Virus record (IMG/VR): IMGVR_UViG_2529293240_000014
Strand: one strand, 5' to 3'
Length of the DNA: 14,579 bases
DNA from: a virus
Taxonomy: Duplodnaviria; Heunggongvirae; Uroviricota; Caudoviricetes
The translations under genes were made by a program, and so were the position numbers. The notes beneath the pieces were generated by a model. It ran no database searches and had not been told where the DNA came from. It was given only the letters and a program-made list of their open reading frames with translations. Numbering within the stretch: position 1 is the first letter of the stretch; each line of letters begins with the position of its first letter. Shown one piece after another: positions 8,476 to 14,579 of the stretch.

Positions 8476-8487
8476 TTGTTTTCACCT

Positions 8488-8508
8488 TGTAACGCTCGCA
8501 GCGTTACA
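8488..8508. repeat. Palindromic iteron-like site TGTAACGC-N5-GCGTTACA, copy 3, just upstream of the replication gene start
   Basis: tgtaacgctcgcagcgttaca, 13 bp upstream of the ATG at 8475 and overlapping its RBS region. Confidence 0.5.
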
Positions 8509-8552
8509 TTTAACTGATACCGAACAAAACAATCCGGCACGATTAATTTCAA

Positions 8553-8975
8553 TCAATGCACTACGACAGAATCGCCGGGCGACCCACCACCGCTGAAATG
8601 TGCTTTCCGGTAAACGGCCTGGACAGCATCATCATGCGCATCAATTGCCGTACTCAACGCTTCCTGCGCCGCCAGTAATGCACGGCGTTCCAGGGTATCG
8701 AAGATACAGAGTCGGTGACGCAGCTCACGCGGAAGAATTGCCAGAACCGCAGGGATCAGTTTCTGAATTTTTTCCCTTTGCGCTTTCGTTTCACCTTTCA
8801 ACCAACGGTGATAGATATTCTGCTGATTGTTCCAGTCCTTGCCTGGTACCAGAGACAATTCGCCGCCCCCCTGCCGCAGATATTCTTCAGTAATTGCGTT
8901 AGCGACCCACGCCTGCCCTTTTTCGGCTGCCAGGGCTAACAGCACTGATTCGATGTGCTCATGCCTGATTTTCAT
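8553..8975 (-). CDS. YdaT-like protein (Rac prophage family; lambda cII position), 140 aa
   Basis: ATG at 8975 preceded by AAGGTG. Translation MKIRHEHIESVLLALAAEKGQAWVANAITEEYLRQGGGELSLVPGKDWNNQQNIYHRW... matches my recollection of Rac YdaT. The 5' end overlaps the upstream cro-like gene by 17 nt. Confidence 0.6.
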   Translation of the reverse strand: MKIRHEHIESVLLALAAEKGQAWVANAITEEYLRQGGGELSLVPGKDWNNQQNIYHRWLKGETKAQREKIQKLIPAVLAILPRELRHRLCIFDTLERRALLAAQEALSTAIDAHDDAVQAVYRKAHFSGGGSPGDSVVVH

Positions 8976-9186
8976 GAATCACCTTCCCAGGTCGTTTTGC
9001 CTTACGATATTCGTCATAAACTTTGGGGTCGTACTGAAGTTCCCCGCCAGATGCCTCTTGCAGGCGCATCGCGCGACCTTCAGGAACCAGTTCCCCCCAT
9101 GCAGCAATGCTTGCCAGCCTAACTCCTGCGGCATTGGCAAGCTTTGTTTTGCTGCCAAAAAACGCTATAGCATCAATTTTCAACAT
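8959..9186 (-). CDS. Cro/YdaS-like small HTH regulator, 75 aa
   Basis: ATG at 9186 preceded by AAGGAG. HTH-like segment KTKLANAAGVRLASIAAWGE. Transcribed divergently from the repressor gene. Confidence 0.7.
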   Translation of the reverse strand: MLKIDAIAFFGSKTKLANAAGVRLASIAAWGELVPEGRAMRLQEASGGELQYDPKVYDEYRKAKRPGKVIHENQA

Positions 9187-9262
9187 ATCGAGCTCCTTAG
9201 ATTTTCCTAAGGAAACTAGACCGTAGAGAAACCTAAGTCTAAAAAAATTAGAATTCCCTAAT
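9187..9262. promoter_or_regulatory. Divergent immunity-region control region (OR-like) with operator-like sites
   Basis: 76-bp intergenic region. Palindrome TCCTTAG-attttc-CTAAGGA at 9194-9213 and a 15-bp site gtagagaaacctaag at 9223-9237 that recurs inverted at 9743-9757. Confidence 0.5.
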
Positions 9263-9670
9263 ATGAAAAACGAAACCTTCGGTGCTCGCCTCTTACATAG
9301 GCGTAAAAAATTAAAACTGTCTCAGGCCGCATTAGGTAAGCTGGTCAAAGTGGCTCACGTAACAATTTCTCAATGGGAAAGAGATGAAACACAGCCGGCG
9401 GGGAAAAGATTATTCGCACTGAGCCAAGCGCTTCAGTGCTCACCGACTTGGCTTCTTTTTGGGGATGAAGATAAACAACCAGGCGAACCGATCCCGGATA
9501 ATCAGCCAGCCATTCTGACAGAAGATCAAAAAGAGTTACTTCAACTGTTCGACGCACTGCCTGAGTCAGAGCAAAAGGCCCTGTTGTCAGAGATGCGTGC
9601 TCGAGTTGAAAATTTCAACAAACTTTTTGAAGAACTACTCAAAGCTCGCAAAAGAAGCGCAAACAAATAA
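9263..9670 (+). CDS. CI/RacR-like prophage repressor (XRE-family HTH, no peptidase domain), 135 aa
   Basis: N-terminal HTH LKLSQAALGKLVKVAHVTISQWERDETQP. Divergent from the cro-like gene. No SD, so possibly a leaderless or weakly initiated message as for lambda cI from PRM. Confidence 0.8.
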   Translation: MKNETFGARLLHRRKKLKLSQAALGKLVKVAHVTISQWERDETQPAGKRLFALSQALQCSPTWLLFGDEDKQPGEPIPDNQPAILTEDQKELLQLFDALPESEQKALLSEMRARVENFNKLFEELLKARKRSANK

Positions 9671-9703
9671 TCCCCTTTTTTCTCCACACCCTGTAATAAA
9701 AAG

Positions 9704-9731
9704 CACAAACTTTCAAACACTTGTGTTTTTT
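9704..9731 (+). terminator. Weak intrinsic terminator after the repressor gene
   Basis: CACAA-(12 nt)-TTGTG followed by TTTTTT; short stem, so low confidence. Confidence 0.35.
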
Positions 9732-9742
9732 ACATCAAAAAA

Positions 9743-9792
9743 CTTAGGTTTTTCTACACAAAAATCTTGACCGCCCTCCTTAGGTTATTCTA
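9743..9792 (+). promoter_or_regulatory. OL-like operator repeats downstream of the repressor gene
   Basis: cttaggtttttctac (9743-9757) is the inverted near-copy (1 mismatch) of the site at 9223-9237. A second related copy cttaggttattctaa lies at 9778-9792, overlapping a candidate -35 TTGACC at 9769-9774. Confidence 0.45.
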
Positions 9793-9872
9793 AATTTCAT
9801 TCATCAAGACACCGCACGGTGTTCTCAGCAAACAGTTCCGCTACCCCGGCGTTAAGGGGAAATGGGGTCAAC

Positions 9873-10028
9873 ATGAATACTATCGATCTTGGCAACAACG
9901 AATCTCTGGTGTACGGCGTGTTCCCCAACCAGGACGGCACATTCACCGCCATGACGTATACCAAAAGCAAAACGTTTAAAACCGAAGCTGGCGCACGTCG
10001 TTGGTTGGGAAGACATTCAGGTGAGTAA
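9873..10028 (+). CDS. Small phage protein (YdaG-like), 51 aa
   Basis: ATG at 9873 with G-rich upstream sequence. Translation MNTIDLGNNESLVYGVFPNQDGTFTAMTYTKSKTFKTEAGARRWLGRHSGE. The track's longer ORF from 9819 has no RBS. Confidence 0.55.
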   Translation: MNTIDLGNNESLVYGVFPNQDGTFTAMTYTKSKTFKTEAGARRWLGRHSGE

Positions 10029-10029
10029 A

Positions 10030-10233
10030 ATGAACGAGACAGAATTAAAACACGTTATCGCTCTACTCCTAGAAGATGCAAAACGCCTCCAGCAACTGGA
10101 GCCAAATGCAGGCACTGGGGCACGCATCTGGCTGGCTAAAGAAGCGCTGGAATCTGGCGATTATGATAGCGAAGAAGCCTTCTACAAAGCAGAAGGCCGT
10201 GCAGGATATTCACCGGGTCTTGGCGGGGTATAA
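10030..10233 (+). CDS. Small acidic phage protein (YdaF-like), 67 aa
   Basis: ATG at 10030 one nt after the upstream stop (translationally coupled), preceded by GGTGAG. Translation MNETELKHVIALLLEDAKRLQQLEPNAGTGARIWLAKEALESGDYDSEEAFYKAEGRAGY... Confidence 0.5.
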   Translation: MNETELKHVIALLLEDAKRLQQLEPNAGTGARIWLAKEALESGDYDSEEAFYKAEGRAGYSPGLGGV

Positions 10234-10463
10234 ATACCATGCGCATTGACTGAATTCGCAAACAAAAACAGACGCGCGATACCCGGATAGTCGGTCTGCA
10301 TAGTCAGATATCTGGCTGCGAATTTGATAAATATCACCGCCCTTTTCGGAAACATAAGTTCCGTCCGGGAGTTGATTATACGAACCATCTCCATGGGGGA
10401 TCGTTCTCCTGAATCCTAGTGAGAGCATATATTTATGAAGCCCTTCGTAATCCTCTGGCTCAG
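10210..10463 (-). pseudogene. Unknown gene disrupted by IS2, 3' portion
   Basis: Minus-strand frame ...EPEDYEGLHKYMLSLGFRRTIPHGDGSYNQLPDGTYVSEKGGDIYQIRSQISDYADRLSGYRASVFVCEFSQCAWYLYPAKTR continues from the 5' portion at 11795-11836 once IS2 and one CTCAG copy are removed. Confidence 0.55.
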
Positions 10464-10474
10464 TGGATTTGCCC

Positions 10475-11380
10475 CTATATTTCCAGACATCTGTTATCAC
10501 TTAACCCATTACAAGCCCGCTGCCGCAGATATTCCCGTGGCGAGCGATAACCCAGCGCACTATGCGGATGCCATTCGTTATAATACTCGAACGCCTCTGC
10601 AAGGTTCTTTGCTGCCGTTAACCCGTCTGGTTTGGGCATGATACTGATGTAGTCACGCTTTATCGTTTTCACGAAGCTCTCTGCTATTCCGTTACTCTCC
10701 GGACTCCGCACCGCCGTGTTCTTCGGTTCAAGTCCCAACATCCGGGCGAACTGGCGTGTTTCATTAGCCCGGTAGCATGAACCATTATCCGTCAGCCACT
10801 CCACTGGAGACGACGGAAGATCGTTGCCGAAGCGGCGTTCCACCGCTCCCAGCATGACGTCCTGTACTGTTTCACTGTTGAAGCCGCCGGTAGTCACCGC
10901 CCAGTGCAGTGCCTCACGATCACAGCAGTCCAGCGCGAACGTGACACGCAGTCTCTCTCCGTTATCACAGCAGAACTCGAACCCGTCAGAGCACCATCGC
11001 TGATTGCTTTCTTTCACGGCCACTCTGCCTGTATGTGCCCGTTTCGATGGCGGTACAGCAGGTTTTCGCTCAAGCAACAGCGCATTCTGGCGCATGATCC
11101 GGTAAACACGTTTGGCATTGATCGCAGGCATACCATCAAGTTCTGCCTGTCTGCGAAGCAGCGCCCATACCCGACGATAACCATACGTGGGCAGCTCTCC
11201 GATAACATGGTGTATACGGAGAAGCACATCCGTATCATCAGTGTGACGACTGCGGCGGCCATCCATCCAGTCATCGGTTCGTCTGAGAATGACGTGCAAC
11301 TGCGCACGCGACACCCGGAGACAACGGCTGACTAAGCTTACTCCCCATCCCCGGGCAATAAGGGCGCGTGCGCTATCCAC
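10475..11380 (-). CDS. insD: IS2 transposase InsD (OrfB), 301 aa
   Basis: Translation [59 protein letters not shown]... is IS2 InsD; overlaps insC as expected for frameshift-fused OrfAB. Confidence 0.92.
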
Positions 11381-11703
11381 TTTTTTGCCCGTCCATATTC
11401 AACGGCTTCTTTGAGGAGTTCATTTTCCATCGTTTTCTTGCCGAGCAGGCGCTGGAGTTCTTTAATCTGCTTCATGGCGGCAGCAAGTTCAGAGGCAGGA
11501 ACAACCTGTTCTCCGGCGGCCACAGCAGTAAGACTTCCTTCCTGGTATTGCTTACGCCAGAGAAATAACTGGCTGGCTGCTACACCATGTTGCCGGGCAA
11601 CGAGGGAGACCGTCATCCCCGGTTCAAAGCTCTGCTGAACAATTGCGATCTTTTCCTGTGTGGTACGCCGTCTGCGTTTCTCCGGCCCTAAGACATCAAT
11701 CAT
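11338..11703 (-). CDS. insC: IS2 InsC (OrfA, HTH transposase subunit), 121 aa
   Basis: Start at the [56 protein letters not shown]... Met (11703); the track's upstream extension lacks an RBS. Confidence 0.9.
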
Positions 11704-11794
11704 CTGTTCTCCAATGACTAGTCTAAAAACTAGTATTAAGACTATCACTTAAATAAGTGATACTGGTTGTCTGGAGATTCAGGGGGCCAGTCTA

Positions 11795-11836
11795 CTCAGC
11801 ATTATATAGTTCTACTCTGGCGAGATACGTTGGCAT
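11795..11836 (-). pseudogene. Unknown gene disrupted by IS2, 5' portion (start codon and first ~14 codons)
   Basis: ATG at 11836 preceded by AAGGAA; translation MPTYLARVELYNAE then the IS2 junction. Joins 10210..10463 in frame. Confidence 0.5.
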
Positions 11837-12354
11837 ATTCATTTCCTTACTGGTTGTGTGAGAACTTCAGTAAAGATACCACCAAAGCCCGGAGGTGGTG
11901 AAATAAAACCGGGCACAACACGAAGGCGCATTTCCGGTATCCATAAAGAGTCGGTCTTGTCTGTGAAATTTAAATGGTGGGAGTGCGCTTCCGGTTGTAA
12001 ATAACGACATTGCTGTGTGAAGTACCAGTTGGCGGCATCGGTTTAATTGCTGGCTGATGTCCGCCCTTTTTAAAGTGAATTTTGTGATGCGGTGAATGCG
12101 GCTATGCGCACGCGGCACAGTTAAAAGTCATGTTAGTCCTTATTGGTTTGGGTGGGAAAGCCAACTGTAATTGTTAACTGGTTAACGTCACCTGGAGGCA
12201 CCAGGCACCGCATCAACAAAGTTCACTTCGGTGATGAAAGGAAAGAGAAAATGTTGAATGTAGCTATTGAAAACCAGAACGGGTGGAATTATAGTGCACC
12301 TGCACCTCATAAAACGGGTGCCGGGATTGCTACCCCGACGATGACTACTGCGCA

Positions 12355-12378
12355 TAACCGCGCTCAGGCGGTTTTTTT
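12355..12378 (+). terminator. Terminator-like hairpin plus T-tract inside the Rha upstream extension (possible attenuator)
   Basis: AACCGC-gctcag-GCGGTT followed by TTTTT. Lies between the strong upstream RBS/ATG (12251) and the Rha-domain start (12545). Confidence 0.3.
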
Positions 12379-12544
12379 ATGCGTCAAGCACAGCCACATT
12401 CAGATTATGGTGGGGCGTGCAGGGCAGCCGCAAGGCTGGCCGGTTTCGGTAGTCACCGGTTGTAGCAACCCTGTGCGTCTCACCACCCATGAGATTGCTA
12501 CCTCTGGTGGTGAGTTATTTAAACTGACTATCGAGGCTGCCATC

Positions 12545-13099
12545 ATGGCTACTATCCTTACCCTTTCTCACCCTGACGTAACCATCGAAAATGGTCGCGC
12601 TGTCACTACGTCTGTTGCGGTTGCGGAGTTCTTCCGGAAAATGCACAAAAACGTTATTCAGAAGATCGAAACTCTCGAATGCTCGCCGGAGTTTAACCGG
12701 CTTAATTTTAAGCCCGTCACCTATACCGACGCCAAAGGCGAAAAACGCCCAATGTACCAAATCACCAAAAACGGCTTCGTTTTCCTGGTGATGGGCTTCA
12801 CTGGCAAAAAAGCCGCCGCATTCAAGGAAGCCTACATTGCTGAGTTCGACCGCATGGAGGCCGAACTGCGCCAGAATAACACCCCACCTGCTGACAAGAT
12901 GATTCCGGGTGATGGTCGCACTCTGGTTGTTCACTTCGACAAATTCGGCAATGTCGAATTCACCGAAACCGTTCCTGATGGCGCACTGGTCTGTACCCTG
13001 GAGACTTTCCGGTTTTATCTGGAAAAACAGGGATGGACTCTTGTTAACCGGGGCGCAATTAAAAATATGACTGTGGAACAATTACTTTCTTTAAAATAA
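12545..13099 (+). CDS. Rha-family phage regulatory protein; start ambiguous (12545, or 12251 with a 98-aa N-terminal extension)
   Basis: Rha-domain motifs AVTTSVAVAEFFRKMHKNVIQKIETL...KRPMYQITKNGFVFLVMGFTGKKAAAFKEAYIAEFDRME. ATG at 12545 preceded by GAGG; the in-frame ATG at 12251 has a stronger AAGGAAAGAG site. Confidence 0.7.
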   Translation: MATILTLSHPDVTIENGRAVTTSVAVAEFFRKMHKNVIQKIETLECSPEFNRLNFKPVTYTDAKGEKRPMYQITKNGFVFLVMGFTGKKAAAFKEAYIAEFDRMEAELRQNNTPPADKMIPGDGRTLVVHFDKFGNVEFTETVPDGALVCTLETFRFYLEKQGWTLVNRGAIKNMTVEQLLSLK

Positions 13100-13115
13100 A
13101 AATGGAGCTACGGAT

Positions 13116-13397
13116 ATGAACCCTATGCTTGATTATTGTTTTACCTCTGCACCTCAGCAGACCATAACACACACCGGAATCAAAAATTTGTTATGGATAA
13201 TCAAAAAAACCCTCCAGCAGAAAGGTGATCCCGATTTAATTCCCTGTGCTTATGGCCTGTGTGACAGACAAGTAAGCCCTGATAAGGCTTACACTGCTGA
13301 ACTTATTTACATGCACGGAACCATGATGAGGAAAAAGAAACGCAAATATTGTAGTGAAATCTGCGCCGAAAAAGACCAGATGGCACACGAACTTTAA
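13116..13397 (+). CDS. Hypothetical protein, 93 aa, Cys-rich, unknown function
   Basis: ATG at 13116 preceded by GGAG. Translation contains CAYGLCDRQ and YCSEICAEK pairs, possibly metal-binding. No family recognised. Confidence 0.5.
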   Translation: MNPMLDYCFTSAPQQTITHTGIKNLLWIIKKTLQQKGDPDLIPCAYGLCDRQVSPDKAYTAELIYMHGTMMRKKKRKYCSEICAEKDQMAHEL

Positions 13398-13503
13398 TTA
13401 ACTGACTATTCGAAACTGAATTTATGCCAGCAATGGCAGGGATTCGCTCAACCTTAATTAAGGAGAAAAACATGAACACCAATTATGAGGTAATGACTCC
13501 AAC

Positions 13504-14007
13504 TTACTGATAGTGTTTTATGTTCAGATAATGCCCGATGACCTTGTCATGCAGCTCCACCGATTTTGAGAACGACAGTGACTTCCGTCCCAGCCTTGCC
13601 AGATGTTGTCTCAGATTCAGATTATGTCGCTCAATGCGCTGAGTGTAACGCTTGCTGATAACGTGCAGCTTTCCCTTCAGGCGTGATTCATACAGCGGCC
13701 AGCCATCCGTCATCCATACCACGACCTCAAAGGCCGACAGCAGGCTCAGAAGACGCTCCAGTGTGGCCAGAGTGCGTTCACCGAAGACGTGCGCCACAAC
13801 CGTCCTCCGTATCCTGTCATACGCGTAAAACAGCCAGCGCTGACGTGATTTAGCACCGACGTAGCCCCAATGTTCGTCCATTTCAGCGCAGACAATCACA
13901 TCACTGCCCGGTTGTATGCGCGAGGTTACCGACTGCGGCCTGAGTTTTTTAAGTGACGTAAAACCGTGTTGAGGCCAACGCCCATAATGCGTGCACTGGC
14001 GCGACAT
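13504..14007 (-). CDS. insB: IS1 InsB reading frame (normally expressed as the InsAB' frameshift fusion)
   Basis: ORF translation ...[54 protein letters not shown]... is IS1 InsB. Confidence 0.9.
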   Translation of the reverse strand: MSRQCTHYGRWPQHGFTSLKKLRPQSVTSRIQPGSDVIVCAEMDEHWGYVGAKSRQRWLFYAYDRIRRTVVAHVFGERTLATLERLLSLLSAFEVVVWMTDGWPLYESRLKGKLHVISKRYTQRIERHNLNLRQHLARLGRKSLSFSKSVELHDKVIGHYLNIKHYQ

Positions 14008-14201
14008 CCGACGCCATTCATGGCCATATCAATGATTTTCTGGTGCGTACCGGGCTGAGAGGCGGTGTAAGTGAACTGTAGTTGCCATGTTTTACGGCAA
14101 TGAGAGCAGAGATAGCGCTGATGTCCGGCAGTGCTTTTGCCGTTACGCACCACGCCTTCAGTAGCGGAGCAGGAAGGACATCTGATGGAAATGGAAGCCA
14201 C
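13926..14201 (-). CDS. insA: IS1 InsA, 91 aa (GTG start)
   Basis: Translation (V/M)[42 protein letters not shown]... with GTG start 56 nt from the IS end. Confidence 0.92.
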   Translation of the reverse strand: MASISIRCPSCSATEGVVRNGKSTAGHQRYLCSHCRKTWQLQFTYTASQPGTHQKIIDMAMNGVGCRASARIMGVGLNTVLRHLKNSGRSR

Positions 14202-14256
14202 GCAAGCACCTTAAAATCACCATCATACACTAAATCAGTAAGTTGGCAGCATTACC

Positions 14257-14579
14257 GTCTTGCCGAAGAAGATCCAGCTTCTGCAACCAGGCCATTCAGA
14301 ACTGAAGTGAAGCGCAGTCGACTGTTAATTGACGAGTATCTGTTAATCAGGAAAATAGCAGACGTCCAGAACGAATGGTTCGGCCTTTGCATGGATCTTG
14401 CACTGGTAACAGGACAGCGCGAAGGAGATCTGGCGGCTATGAGATGGGAGGATATAAGAGATGGCAGGCTATACGTGGAACAACAAAAAACAGGGGCAAA
14501 AATTCGCATTTCTCTCCCCACCACGATTTCCAGATTGAATTTAACACTTGCCGATGTACTGGATAACTTGAAAAAATAA
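14257..14579 (+). pseudogene. Lambda-Int-like tyrosine integrase, internal fragment truncated 5' by IS1
   Basis: Translation ...ATRPFRTEVKRSRLLIDEYLLIRKIADVQNEWFGLCMDLALVTGQREGDLAAMRWEDIRDGRLYVEQQKTGAKIRISLPT... aligns with the central part of lambda Int. In-frame TAA at 14577-14579, upstream of where the catalytic residues would be. Confidence 0.8.

Larger units (their letters stand above)
10464..11794 (-). mobile_element. IS2, complete 1331-bp copy with 5-bp target duplication CTCAG
   Basis: Ends TGGATTTGCCCCTATATTTCCAGACATCTG at 10464 and reverse complement TAGACTGGCCCCCTGAATCTCCAGACAACC ending at 11794. CTCAG at 10459-10463 and 11795-11799. InsC and InsD lie inside. Confidence 0.92.
13489..14256 (-). 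mobile_element. IS1, complete 768-bp copy with no flanking target duplication
   Basis: Ends GGTAATGACTCCAACTTACTGAT at 13489 and reverse complement GGTAATGCTGCCAACTTACTGAT ending at 14256. Flanks caattatga and gtcttgccg differ, implying a deletion or rearrangement. Confidence 0.92.

Noticed and set aside
8600-9210. Plus-strand ORFs 8600..8893, 8715..8939, 8827..9210
   Set aside because: Antisense to the YdaT-like and Cro-like genes; no RBS.
9345-9557. 70-aa minus-strand ORF
   Set aside because: Antisense within the repressor gene.
10182-10641. ORFs 10182..10394 (-) and 10435..10641 (+)
   Set aside because: The first is an alternative frame of the IS2-disrupted gene; the second crosses the IS2 terminal repeat.
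10904-11638. ORFs 10904..11335 (+), 11014..11307 (-), 11368..11568 (+), 11411..11638 (+) inside IS2
   Set aside because: IS2 has only the InsC and InsD frames; these are antisense or alternative frames.
11867-12118. 83-aa minus-strand ORF upstream of the IS2-disrupted gene
   Set aside because: No RBS, no recognisable composition, and it sits in what looks like a promoter/terminator-rich intergenic region. Kept as low-probability only.
12515-13081. 188-aa minus-strand ORF and 12591..12791 (+)
   Set aside because: Antisense or alternative frame to the Rha-family gene, whose motifs are clear on the plus strand.
14018-14566. ORFs 14018..14230 (-), 14082..14256 portion of the plus ORF, 14252..14524 (-), 14375..14566 (+)
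   Set aside because: The first two lie inside IS1 in non-transposase frames (the plus ORF only becomes genuine integrase sequence from 14257); the last two are antisense or alternative frames of the integrase fragment.

Overview
This window is a decayed, IS-riddled lambdoid prophage segment of the Escherichia/Shigella type, read here mostly on the minus strand. All identifications are by eye from the sequence and ORF track; no database search was run. Order (left to right): an IS3-family transposase fragment that cuts off a phage-21-type SAR endolysin just after its start; an intact S21-like pinholin; four tandem tRNA-like genes (two canonical: Ile2/Met-CAU ileZ-like and Arg-UCU; two non-canonical); a tR'-like terminator; antiterminator Q; YbcO-like; a YbcN-like gene split by a complete IS911 (3-bp duplication CGG); a 95-aa unknown; a hok/sok-type toxin locus; a QueH (DUF208, epoxyqueuosine reductase) homologue; a 118-aa zinc-ribbon unknown; a Ren-like protein; DnaC-like and YdaU/O-like replication genes with palindromic iteron-like repeats; YdaT-like and Cro-like genes; a divergent CI/RacR-like repressor flanked by repeated operator-like sites; two small ORFs; a complete IS2 (5-bp duplication CTCAG) splitting an unknown gene; a Rha-family gene; a 93-aa Cys-rich unknown; a complete IS1 with no flanking duplication; and a lambda-Int-like integrase fragment. 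The most unusual content is the accessory block at about 4.3-6.5 kb (QueH, hok/sok and two unknown small proteins) next to the phage tRNA cluster. I cannot show from sequence alone that any of it is a new system.
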